A stretch of DNA of 64,000 nt from Candidatus Paceibacter sp. (GTDB lineage Bacteria; Patescibacteriota; Minisyncoccia; Phycocordibacterales; GCA-2747955), in NCBI GenBank assembly GCA_014237915.1, contig JABACC010000013.1:568-64567 (forward strand). Reading direction: 5' to 3'. Below the pieces are notes generated by a model. The model did not search any database. It had not been told where the DNA came from and was given only the letters and a program-made list of their open reading frames with translations. Of this stretch, positions 45,301-53,599 are shown in pieces; positions within the stretch are counted from its first letter, which is position 1, and every line of letters starts with the position of its first letter. Made by a program: the position numbers and the translations under genes.

Positions 45301-45485
45301 TTAAATGATTTAAAAATAATATCGTATTTTTTTTCTGAATAATCAGAAATAGGAGAAAGCTCAGAAAAAACTTCCTTTATTTTGTTTTTAATAAAATTGT
45401 CGTATGAGTTTAGGTGGTGCTCAACCAGATTTGGAATTTCTATCATCGGTTTTCTATACCGAGAAAAAGTTTTTTGTTCCAACAT
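42318..45485 (-). CDS. rpoB: DNA-directed RNA polymerase beta subunit (compact, 1055 aa)
   Basis: Conserved blocks: [84 protein letters not shown]. Confidence 0.95.
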   Translation of the reverse strand: [1055 protein letters not shown]

Positions 45486-45650
45486 ATAAAAAATAATTTT
45501 TAGTCTAATTTAAATAAAAATAAAAAATCCAGTAATACTCAATCGTGCGGAAAAATTGTTAACTATTATATCAAAAAAAATAAAAAAATATATAGCTTGA
45601 GTGTATAAAAAGTGGAAAAATAAAAAAATATTTTTTAAATTTTTTATAAG

Positions 45651-45677
45651 AAAAAATCTCCCGAAGGAGATTTTTTC
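45651..45677. terminator. Hairpin AAAAAATCTCC-CGAA-GGAGATTTTTT (bidirectional terminator-like)
   Basis: Perfect stem with flanking A and T runs in the rpoB upstream spacer. Confidence 0.55.
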
Positions 45678-45695
45678 AAGTTGAGCCTCCGGAAA

Positions 45696-45749
45696 GAAAC
45701 TCAATTGAGAACTTTAATTCCGAAAAACTAAATTTCTCAATTGAGTTTT
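45696..45749. promoter_or_regulatory. Two copies of the perfect 10-bp palindrome CTCAATTGAG, 26 nt apart, upstream of rpoB. Candidate operator pair or large hairpin.
   Basis: GAAACTCAATTGAGAAC ... TTTCTCAATTGAGTTTT. The flanks extend the inverted symmetry to ~14 bp. Confidence 0.4.
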
Positions 45750-45949
45750 CAAACACAAGTGCTTAAAAACTCGAGGGTTTGAAATAAAATAAATTCTATT
45801 TCAATTATCGAAAATTTAAGTAAACTCAAACTTTCAATATTTAAATTATATAAATTTTAAAAAAATTACCAAATTTTTCTTTTATACTTTTTCCAAATTT
45901 TATCCACAAACTTTTTAACATTGTTTTTTTTAAAAAATATTCAGAACAA

Positions 45950-45980
45950 GGAAAAAGTGCGCGGCCGAAGGCCGCGCACA
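45950..45980 (-). terminator. Terminator GTGCGCGGCC-GAAG-GCCGCGCAC with a T-run on the minus strand (3' of ddl)
   Basis: 10-bp GC stem. AAAAA precedes it on the plus strand, which gives a U-run on the minus strand. Confidence 0.75.
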
Positions 45981-46003
45981 ACCTCCACTAAAATAATCAA
46001 CGA

Positions 46004-47188
46004 CTAATTTTTTAGTTTCATGCTATTTGCTTTTTCAAGTACATCAGTATTAAATTCAGTTTTTATTTCTTCTCTTTTTTTAAAAGATTTTATTCCGTCT
46101 TTTAACATTTTTTCAATAACTTTTTCTATAGAAATTCCAGATTTTTCCCAAAGGTGATGGTATAGAGTTCCGGGTAAGGTATTTATTTCATTAGCAAAAA
46201 TTTCTCCACTCTCTGTATTTAAAAGAAAGTCAATTCTTATATTTCCATTTCCTTTTAATTTTTCAAAAATTTCTTTTGAAAAAGATTTGATTTTTTCCTC
46301 TTGCTCTTTATTTATATTTGCTGGAATTATAATATTTTCTTTAGCTTTTCCTGTTTGCGCTCCCCCGTCTTCTAAATACTTTACAGAATAATCAAAAAGA
46401 TCTGAAGAAAAAACTGATTCTTGAATTTCTGAAACAATATTTTTTTCTCTGCCTGACAAAACAGCGCAGGTTAAGTCTTTAATATTTTCTACTGAATTTT
46501 CGACAATAATTTTTTGATCATAATAAAAAGCAAGATCAAGAGCTTGTTTTAAATCCTCAGGTTTTTTTACTTTTGAAATTCCAATTGATGATCCTGCTCT
46601 TGCCGGTTTTATAAAAATAGGAAAGCTCAAGGTATTTTCTATTTCAGAAAAAATTTGATCTTGATTATTTTGATAATTTTCTTTTTCAAAAAAAAGATGT
46701 TTTGTAGTTGGAATTGAAATTGAATTAAAAAAATTTTTAGTTAAAACTTTATCTATAGCTACAGACGAAGTAAAGATATTTGCTCCAGCGTACGGAGTTT
46801 TAAAAAACTCACAAAGCCCTTGTAAGGTACCATCTTCACCTAAAAGGCCGTGGAGAGCTGGAAAAACAAAATCAATTTCAATTTTTTTATTTTGTAAAAT
46901 TTTTTTATTTTCTAAAACTAACTTTTTTTTAGAATTTTTTAAATTTAAAAAAAGTGGACTAGAACTTTTTAATTTTTGATCAAAATCTTTTTTAAAAAAT
47001 TTTAACTCTGAAAGATCTTCAGCTGAATACCAAACTCCCTCTTTTGAAATATATACAGGAGAAACTAAAAAACCCATTTTTTTTAAATTTGAAATTATAA
47101 ATTGACCAGTAATTATCGAAATCTCATGTTCTGGGTTTTGGCCTCCAAAAAAAACTCCTATTTTTTTATTTTTTAAATATTCTATCAT
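46004..47188 (-). CDS. ddl: D-alanine--D-alanine ligase
   Basis: KIGVFFGGQNPEHEISIITGQ. ATP-grasp motifs ALHGLLGEDGTLQGLCE and GSSIGISKV. Confidence 0.85.
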   Translation of the reverse strand: MIEYLKNKKIGVFFGGQNPEHEISIITGQFIISNLKKMGFLVSPVYISKEGVWYSAEDLSELKFFKKDFDQKLKSSSPLFLNLKNSKKKLVLENKKILQNKKIEIDFVFPALHGLLGEDGTLQGLCEFFKTPYAGANIFTSSVAIDKVLTKNFFNSISIPTTKHLFFEKENYQNNQDQIFSEIENTLSFPIFIKPARAGSSIGISKVKKPEDLKQALDLAFYYDQKIIVENSVENIKDLTCAVLSGREKNIVSEIQESVFSSDLFDYSVKYLEDGGAQTGKAKENIIIPANINKEQEEKIKSFSKEIFEKLKGNGNIRIDFLLNTESGEIFANEINTLPGTLYHHLWEKSGISIEKVIEKMLKDGIKSFKKREEIKTEFNTDVLEKANSMKLKN

Positions 47189-47192
47189 TTAT

Positions 47193-48578
47193 TTATAAAT
47201 AATTATCTGTTGTGTCGTTTTGGAAAATAATTGTATCATTATATTTTAACACATTGGCTAAGTCGTCGTGAGCCTCTTTTGCATTTTGGTAAAATTTAAA
47301 ATTAGAAAAATTTTTATCTAAAAACCTTTCTCTTATAATTTCTGTATTTTTATTTTTAATAAGTATCACAAAATCAATTTTTTCTATATACAAATCTGCA
47401 ATTTTTCTGTGAATTTCTGTTGATTTTTTTCCAAGCTCTACAAGTCCTGGAGTTAAAACAACTTTTCTTCCTTTGGCTCTTTGTAAAATATTTATCCCCT
47501 CAACAAAACCTTTAAAATTTCCATTATAACTGTCGTCTATAACTATTTTTTCTGAATCAGTATTTTTTAAAACTTCCAACCTGTGTTTTACGGGCTCAAT
47601 CTTTGAAAGACCTTTTTTAAAATGAGTTTTTTCAAGGTTTAAACTTTTAGAAAGCTCGTACGCCACAATAATAAAATCTATAAAATAATCCGCAATTATT
47701 GGTGAAGAAAAATTTTCATTTTCAAAAGAAAAACTTATTCCAGAAAAATTTTCTAAATATTTTAAATATTTAATATTTTCTTTTTGGCAAATTTTTGATA
47801 TTTTTATTTTATTTTTAATTTTTTCATCTGCAAATTTTTCAACATTTTCATCACAAGAATTTAAAAAAGCTTCTTTTTTTGTATTATTTGCAAGCTCAAA
47901 TTTTACTGAAACTATATTTTCAAAAGAACCAAAACGCTCTAAATGAGAAAGTCCGATTGCTGTTGTTACTGAATAATCTGGATTTATTATGTTACATAAT
48001 TTTTCGATATCACCAATTTTATAAGCCCCCATTTCACAAATTAAAATATCACACTTTAAAAGTTTTTCTTTATTTTTTAAAATATAATTAGCCACGCCAA
48101 TTTCTGTATTTATGTTTCCTGGGAAAGAAAAAATTTTATATTTTTCAGATAAAACAGTATTCAAAAGATTTTTCATAGTTGTTTTTCCATAACTCCCTGT
48201 AATTCCAATTGTTTTTGTTTTTCCTTTTTTAGCTTTTTCGATGTAATTTTTAGCTTTTTTAATATTTAATTTTTTAGTAAATAAAACAAAAGGAAAAATT
48301 AAAATGTCTGAAAAAATTATTAAAAATGGTAAAAGAATAATTTCTAAAATTAGAAAAAATAAAAATAGAAAAAAAGATAAATAACAATAAGATAAAATTA
48401 AAAATAAAATAAATATTAAAGGAGTTAAGAAAAAAATAAGAGTTGATCTTTTTGTCCAAACAAGATCATTTCTTTTTTTTAAGGTAAACCAATTTATTTT
48501 TTTAAAAACAAAAAGTAAAAATCTTTTTTTATCATAATTTTCTAGCTGGTAAATATAAATTAAATTTTTTAATATCAT
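47193..48578 (-). CDS. murF: Mur ligase (MurF-like UDP-MurNAc-pentapeptide synthetase) with an N-terminal ~110-aa multi-TM extension
   Basis: GITGSYGKTTMKNLL P-loop. NINTEIGVANYIL motif. DDSYNGN motif. Highly hydrophobic N-terminal third. Confidence 0.7.
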   Translation of the reverse strand: MILKNLIYIYQLENYDKKRFLLFVFKKINWFTLKKRNDLVWTKRSTLIFFLTPLIFILFLILSYCYLSFFLFLFFLILEIILLPFLIIFSDILIFPFVLFTKKLNIKKAKNYIEKAKKGKTKTIGITGSYGKTTMKNLLNTVLSEKYKIFSFPGNINTEIGVANYILKNKEKLLKCDILICEMGAYKIGDIEKLCNIINPDYSVTTAIGLSHLERFGSFENIVSVKFELANNTKKEAFLNSCDENVEKFADEKIKNKIKISKICQKENIKYLKYLENFSGISFSFENENFSSPIIADYFIDFIIVAYELSKSLNLEKTHFKKGLSKIEPVKHRLEVLKNTDSEKIVIDDSYNGNFKGFVEGINILQRAKGRKVVLTPGLVELGKKSTEIHRKIADLYIEKIDFVILIKNKNTEIIRERFLDKNFSNFKFYQNAKEAHDDLANVLKYNDTIIFQNDTTDNYL

Positions 48579-49345
48579 TTTTCTAAAATTTTATTAAATA
48601 TTTCTAAAAATTCTTTTTCTGTAGGTGGTAAAAAAGGAAAATGGTTTGCCTTGATTTGAAAAAATTCTGCTCCAACTTTTTTTGATATTTTTTCTGCATC
48701 TTTTAAAAAAGCTTCTTTGTCGTTTTTTCCCCAAATAAAATAAGTCTTGTAATTTTTCAAATTTTTTGTTTTTTCTTCGATATTTTCTTCGATAATATTT
48801 TTAAAAGTTTCTCTCTCTTCCCTATTTTTTAAAACTTTATAATCACTCGATTCTATTTTTTTATACCAAAGATCTTTTAATTTTGTATTAACTTTTTCTG
48901 GCAAAAAAGAAAAAATGCTTTTAAAAAATTTTGTTAAAAATAAAATTATTTTATGAGAAAATTTTAGATTTCTTACAAAGGGCACGCCTGTTAAAATTAT
49001 TTTTTCTATATTTTGATATTTTTTGTTTTCAAGCATTTTCAAAATAACTCTACCGCCAAAAGAATGTGCCACAATAATTATTTTTTTACCTTTTGTTTTT
49101 TCTTCTAAAAATTTTGTTGTAAAATTAGCAAAATCATTTAAACTCCAAGTTTTTTTTAATTTTTCACTTGATCCAAATCCTGGAAAATCAAAAGTTAAAT
49201 AATTATTTAGATCTTTGTAAAGATAAAAAAAAGTTTTATAAGAAGCTCCCCATCCGTGCAGAAAAAAAACAACAGAAGAATTATCTGTTGTTTTTTCTAT
49301 GTATGAAATTTTTATATTTTCAAAAATAGTTTCTTTGTTTTCCAC
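48575..49345 (-). CDS. Alpha/beta-fold hydrolase
   Basis: VVFFLHGWGAS. Nucleophile elbow VAHSFGG. Confidence 0.65.
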   Translation of the reverse strand: MENKETIFENIKISYIEKTTDNSSVVFFLHGWGASYKTFFYLYKDLNNYLTFDFPGFGSSEKLKKTWSLNDFANFTTKFLEEKTKGKKIIIVAHSFGGRVILKMLENKKYQNIEKIILTGVPFVRNLKFSHKIILFLTKFFKSIFSFLPEKVNTKLKDLWYKKIESSDYKVLKNREERETFKNIIEENIEEKTKNLKNYKTYFIWGKNDKEAFLKDAEKISKKVGAEFFQIKANHFPFLPPTEKEFLEIFNKILEK

Positions 49346-49379
49346 AATATTAAAATTATAACAAAAAAATATAATTATA

Positions 49380-50648
49380 TTAATATTGCCTCATTGAAAT
49401 TTTAGAGTCAATTGTTTTGATTAGATTTATTCCTACAGAAACTACAATTAATAGTGACGATCCACCTATTGTAAGGTACGAAACTCCTGAAAGTGACTGG
49501 ATTAAAAGTGGCAAAACTGCTACCAACCCTAAAAATGTTGCTCCTAAAAAAGTAATTCTACTGGAAACATTCTCGAAAAATTCTTCTGTGTCTTCTCCTG
49601 GTCTAACTCCTGGGACAAAAGATCCGCCTTTTTGTAAATTGTCTGCATTTTTTTTAGGATCAAAAACCACTGATGTGTAGAAATACGTAAAGAAAAATAC
49701 TAAAATAAAATATAAAATTCCGTAATAAAGTGGATTTTGTAAAAAATTATTTAGAGAATTTAAAAAACCAAGATTTGTTCCAAAATTTATTGATTGTAAC
49801 ATTGAAATTATCATCGTTGGAAAAATTAAAATTGAAATAGCAAAAATTATTGGAATAACACCAGCTTGATTTAATTTTATCGGCATATATGACGCAACCT
49901 GACTTCCAGATCTTGAGGCTCTTGCGTTTGTAATAGGAACGGCTCTGTAAGATTTTTCTATAAATACAATTGCAAAAGTCACCAAAAGAGCCATAAAGGC
50001 AATAGCTAAAATAACAGGGCCTTCAGCAGGATTTATTAAAAAACTATCGTAAGCTCTGGAAACAAAACCTGGAAGCGAAGCTACAATTCCCCCAAAAATT
50101 AATAGTGAAATACCATTTCCAATACCAAATTCTGTGATTAATTCTCCGATCCACATTACCAAAACAGAACCCGCTGTTATGATAATAACATTTGTTAAAA
50201 ACTCAAAACTTGATATCTCAGCACCAATTACCTGATTAAATTGTAAAAGTTTTAAAAAACCAAAAGCTTGAATAAAAGCAAGTGGTACTGATAAAATCCT
50301 TGAGTAATTAGATATTTTTTTTCTTCCAATTTCTCCTTCTTCTCTTTGTGTTTCTTTTAATTTTGGAAAAATTATTGTTGAAAGTTGCATTATAATTGAA
50401 GCGGTTATGTATGGAAAAACCCCGAGCATAACAATAGAAATTGAGTTTAACCCTCCTCCTGAAAAAATATTTAAAAGTCCTAAAAAATCATTTGATTCAA
50501 AAAAACTTGCTAAAACCCCTCGATTTACCCCTGGAACTGGAATTGAAGCTAAAAATCTAAAAATAACAAAAGCAATCAAAACAAAAAATACTTTTTGTCT
50601 CATTGAGTAATCTGTAAATAAGAATTTTATTTTTTCTATAGCTGACAT
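49380..50648 (-). CDS. secY: Preprotein translocase subunit SecY
   Basis: 10-TM profile. Conserved motifs IMLGVFPYITASIIMQL and GISLLIFGGIVA. Confidence 0.9.
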   Translation of the reverse strand: MSAIEKIKFLFTDYSMRQKVFFVLIAFVIFRFLASIPVPGVNRGVLASFFESNDFLGLLNIFSGGGLNSISIVMLGVFPYITASIIMQLSTIIFPKLKETQREEGEIGRKKISNYSRILSVPLAFIQAFGFLKLLQFNQVIGAEISSFEFLTNVIIITAGSVLVMWIGELITEFGIGNGISLLIFGGIVASLPGFVSRAYDSFLINPAEGPVILAIAFMALLVTFAIVFIEKSYRAVPITNARASRSGSQVASYMPIKLNQAGVIPIIFAISILIFPTMIISMLQSINFGTNLGFLNSLNNFLQNPLYYGILYFILVFFFTYFYTSVVFDPKKNADNLQKGGSFVPGVRPGEDTEEFFENVSSRITFLGATFLGLVAVLPLLIQSLSGVSYLTIGGSSLLIVVSVGINLIKTIDSKISMRQY

Positions 50649-50672
50649 ATTTATCTATTATAACATTTATTA

Positions 50673-51122
50673 TTAATCTGTGACCTTACCACCATTTTTT
50701 TCAATAATTTCTTTCGCTTTTTTAGAAACTAAACATCCGGAAACATTAATTTTTTTCTCTAATTCTCCTTTTGCTAAAATTTTAACCCTCGGAATTTTTC
50801 CTGATTTTTTAGAAATTATTTTTTTTTCTAAAAGAGTTTTTGGGTTAACATCTTCTCCGTTTTCATATTTTTTTTCAATTAAAGATAAATTAACTGGAAA
50901 ATTTTCTACCATAATAGCTTTTGGTCTATTTCCGTGAACCCCTGCTCCTCTTAATTTTGGAATTTTTTTAATAGTGTCTCTAATTTCTGCTCTTTTAGAA
51001 TTTCCTGCTCTTGAGTTTTGACCCTTCATTCCAGCTCCAGAAGTTTTTCCTCTTTTTCCACCTCTTCCAACTCTTTTTCTTTTAAGGTTTTTGTTATTTC
51101 TTTTTAAATTATTTAACTGCAT
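50673..51122 (-). CDS. rplO: Ribosomal protein L15
   Basis: KRKRVGRGGKRGKTSGAGMKGQNSRAG. Confidence 0.9.
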   Translation of the reverse strand: MQLNNLKRNNKNLKRKRVGRGGKRGKTSGAGMKGQNSRAGNSKRAEIRDTIKKIPKLRGAGVHGNRPKAIMVENFPVNLSLIEKKYENGEDVNPKTLLEKKIISKKSGKIPRVKILAKGELEKKINVSGCLVSKKAKEIIEKNGGKVTD

Positions 51123-51141
51123 AATACTTTAATTATTTTAA

Positions 51142-51957
51142 CTAATCTTTAATTTCCTTCTTAACTTCTTTTTGTTCAAAATTTCTTTTAAAACTTTTTC
51201 CATTTCTTGGTGAGAAGTTTTTCTTAGAGCTTGTTAAACTTTTTTTATGAACTTTTGGTTTAGAAAAAGGTAAAAGTGCTTTTAAAGTTGCTTTCACATT
51301 ATTTATGTTATTTTTAGATCGGGTTAAAATTTTTGCTCCAGTCTCATCAACTCCTGCAAGATCTAAAACGATTCTCACCGCTCCACCTGCAGCAAGCCCT
51401 TTTCCTTTAACTGGTCTAATGACAACTTCTGATGCTTTATATTTTGCTGAAACTTCATAAGAAATTGAATTATCTTCAGGTGAAAGAGAAAGCGTAACCA
51501 TTGTTTTTTTGGCTTGCCTTATAGCTTTTTCAATGGCTGCTGCGGTGTCTGAGGCTTTTCCCATTCCAAAACCAACAGATCCTTTTTTGTCTCCCAAAAC
51601 AATACCACAAGAAAAAGAAAATCTTCTTCCTCCTGCCATAACTCTTGTTACTCTTCTAAGTGAAACTATTTTTTGCTCAAACTCAGGCGGTTCTCTTTTA
51701 AAAGGTTTTCTTCTTCCTGCTGGTGATCTTTTTCTAAAATTTTTCTTAAAATCTTTTTTCTCTGTTTCAGGTTTTTTATCTTCCGTTTCTGTTTTTTTAC
51801 CATCAGAAGAATTTGAAGAACTTTCTGTATTTTCCTCTTTTTTATCTTCTGAATTATTTTCTTTTTCTGTTTTTTGTTCATCTTTTTGAACATCTACCAC
51901 TGCTTCCGTTTGGTTATCGTTCTGAATATTATCTTCTTGTTTTTTTTCTTCGCTCAT
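51142..51957 (-). CDS. rpsE: Ribosomal protein S5 with a ~110-aa Lys/Glu-rich N-terminal extension and a basic C-terminal tail
   Basis: Core RVTRVMAGGRRFSFSCGIVLGDKKGSVGFGMGKA...VIRPVKGKGLAAGGAVRIVLDLAGV. The next gene is L15, with no L30 between them. Confidence 0.9.
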   Translation of the reverse strand: MSEEKKQEDNIQNDNQTEAVVDVQKDEQKTEKENNSEDKKEENTESSSNSSDGKKTETEDKKPETEKKDFKKNFRKRSPAGRRKPFKREPPEFEQKIVSLRRVTRVMAGGRRFSFSCGIVLGDKKGSVGFGMGKASDTAAAIEKAIRQAKKTMVTLSLSPEDNSISYEVSAKYKASEVVIRPVKGKGLAAGGAVRIVLDLAGVDETGAKILTRSKNNINNVKATLKALLPFSKPKVHKKSLTSSKKNFSPRNGKSFKRNFEQKEVKKEIKD

Positions 51958-51977
51958 TTTTTCTTTTTATTAATAAA

Positions 51978-52322
51978 TTAAAATTTTAACCCTCCTTCTC
52001 TTAGCCCTTCAGCAAAAGCTTTAACTCTTCCTGTGTACATATATCCATTTCTATCAAAAACTACTTTTTCAACACCTTTTTCTAAGGTTTTTTTAGAAAG
52101 CTCTTTTCCTGTTTGTGAAGCTCTTTCTGTAAAAGTTTTTCCTGTGGCTTTTTGAGAATTTGCTTGCACTAAAGTATTTTGTGCTTCATCGTCTATTACT
52201 TGCCCGCTTATATATTTATTTGATTTAAAAACAGAAATTCTTGGAATTTCTTTAGTTCCAAAAATTTTTGATCTTACTCTATTTTTCCTTCTTTGTCTGT
52301 TTGTAGTTTTTTTTATTGACAT
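51978..52322 (-). CDS. rplR: Ribosomal protein L18
   Basis: RISVFKSNKYISGQVIDD...VVFDRNGYMYTGRVKAFAEGLREGGLKF. Confidence 0.9.
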   Translation of the reverse strand: MSIKKTTNRQRRKNRVRSKIFGTKEIPRISVFKSNKYISGQVIDDEAQNTLVQANSQKATGKTFTERASQTGKELSKKTLEKGVEKVVFDRNGYMYTGRVKAFAEGLREGGLKF

Positions 52323-52347
52323 ATTAAAATTTTATTTTATAAATATT

Positions 52348-52884
52348 TTAAGCAGCTTTCTTACCTTCTTTTCTAATAATAATTTCATCTTCATATCGAA
52401 TTCCTTTTCCTTTGTAGGGCTCCGGTTTTTTCTTGATTCTTACTTTTGATGCAAAAAGTCCAACTTTCTCTTTATCTATTCCAGAAATTGTAACAATATT
52501 TTTTTCTGAAACAACATCAATCCCTTCTGGAATTTCCATTGAAATCGGATGAGAAAAACCTAAAGATAAATCTAAGTTTTTTCCCTTAACTTCCGCTTTA
52601 AAACCAACTCCCTCAACAATTAATTTTTTTACAAAAGACTCGGTAACACCTTTTACCATATTTTTAATATGGGAATTTGTTGTTCCCCAAATCGATCTTG
52701 TAAAAACTTCATCATTTTTTGGTTCAACTTTTATTTTACCATCTTCATCTTTTGAAATTATAACAATGTCTAAAAATTGCCTTTCTAAATTTCCTTTTGG
52801 ACCTTTAACGCTGACAAGATTGTTTTCTATTTTTACTTCAACTCCTTGTGGTATTTCTATTTTTTCTTTTCCTATCCTACTCAT
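52348..52884 (-). CDS. rplF: Ribosomal protein L6 (start at MSRIGK; the track ORF is extended by 11 codons)
   Basis: MSRIGKEKIEIPQGVEVKI...VSVKGPKGNL...GFSHPI. Confidence 0.9.
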   Translation of the reverse strand: MSRIGKEKIEIPQGVEVKIENNLVSVKGPKGNLERQFLDIVIISKDEDGKIKVEPKNDEVFTRSIWGTTNSHIKNMVKGVTESFVKKLIVEGVGFKAEVKGKNLDLSLGFSHPISMEIPEGIDVVSEKNIVTISGIDKEKVGLFASKVRIKKKPEPYKGKGIRYEDEIIIRKEGKKAA

Positions 52885-52885
52885 A

Positions 52886-53275
52886 TTACCAAATTTTAAA
52901 AAGTGCCTCACCTCCAATTTTTGAATCTCTAGCCTCTTTATCGGTTAAAATTCCAAGTGGTGTTGATAATACTAAAGTTCCTTTTCCGAATTTAACTGGT
53001 TTAATTTCTTTATAACCAAAATAAATTCTTTTTGAAAGTTTTGAAACTCTTTTTACATCTTCTATTTTATGTTTTCCGTCGATGTATTTAAGTTTAACAA
53101 CGAGGTTTTTTTTAATTTCTTCCCCTTCTGTTGAAAAGTCTTCAATGAAACCTTTTTTTTTCAAAGCTGAAAGAATATTTTTTTTCAAATTTGAAAAAGG
53201 CACGCTAGTTTCTGGAAGATTAGCTCTTCCTGCATTTTTAATGTTTATAATTAATTCTGAAATTTTATCATTCAT
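52886..53275 (-). CDS. rpsH: Ribosomal protein S8
   Basis: MNDKISELIINIKNAG...LSTPLGILTDKEARDSKIGGEALFKIW. Confidence 0.9.
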   Translation of the reverse strand: MNDKISELIINIKNAGRANLPETSVPFSNLKKNILSALKKKGFIEDFSTEGEEIKKNLVVKLKYIDGKHKIEDVKRVSKLSKRIYFGYKEIKPVKFGKGTLVLSTPLGILTDKEARDSKIGGEALFKIW

Positions 53276-53338
53276 ATTTTTAAATTTTAAATTTTTAAAT
53301 ACAGATATAAAATATTGCTATTTTTTACCAAGTTTTTA

Positions 53339-53524
53339 TTACCAAGAAGATTTTTTAACCCCTGGAATTTGCCCATCGGAAGCCATTTCTCTAAAACAAA
53401 TTCGACATAAATCAAAGTCTCGCATGTAAGCTTTTTTTCTCCCACACTTAAAACATCTTCTTACTATTCTTGAAGAAAATTTTGGTTTTTTTTCTGATCT
53501 AACTACTACTGATCTTTTTGCCAT
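53339..53524 (-). CDS. rpsZ: Ribosomal protein S14, Zn-binding type Z
   Basis: 61 aa. Zn-ribbon pattern CFKCGRK...CRIC. Confidence 0.9.
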   Translation of the reverse strand: MAKRSVVVRSEKKPKFSSRIVRRCFKCGRKKAYMRDFDLCRICFREMASDGQIPGVKKSSW

Positions 53525-53599
53525 AAATTTAATTAAGTGGAAGCTATTCTATCAAATGTTTATTTAATTGCAAGAAATTAAATTTCAAATTTTTAAAAA

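Noticed and set aside
45510-45704. 64-aa minus-strand ORF in the rpoB upstream spacer
   Set aside because: Phe/Ile-rich low-complexity translation spanning hairpin and palindrome elements. Most likely non-coding leader sequence.
51509-51893. ORFs 51509..51889(+) and 51666..51893(-) over the rpsE N-terminal extension
   Set aside because: Antisense or alternate-frame readings of the repetitive Lys/Glu-coding region of S5.
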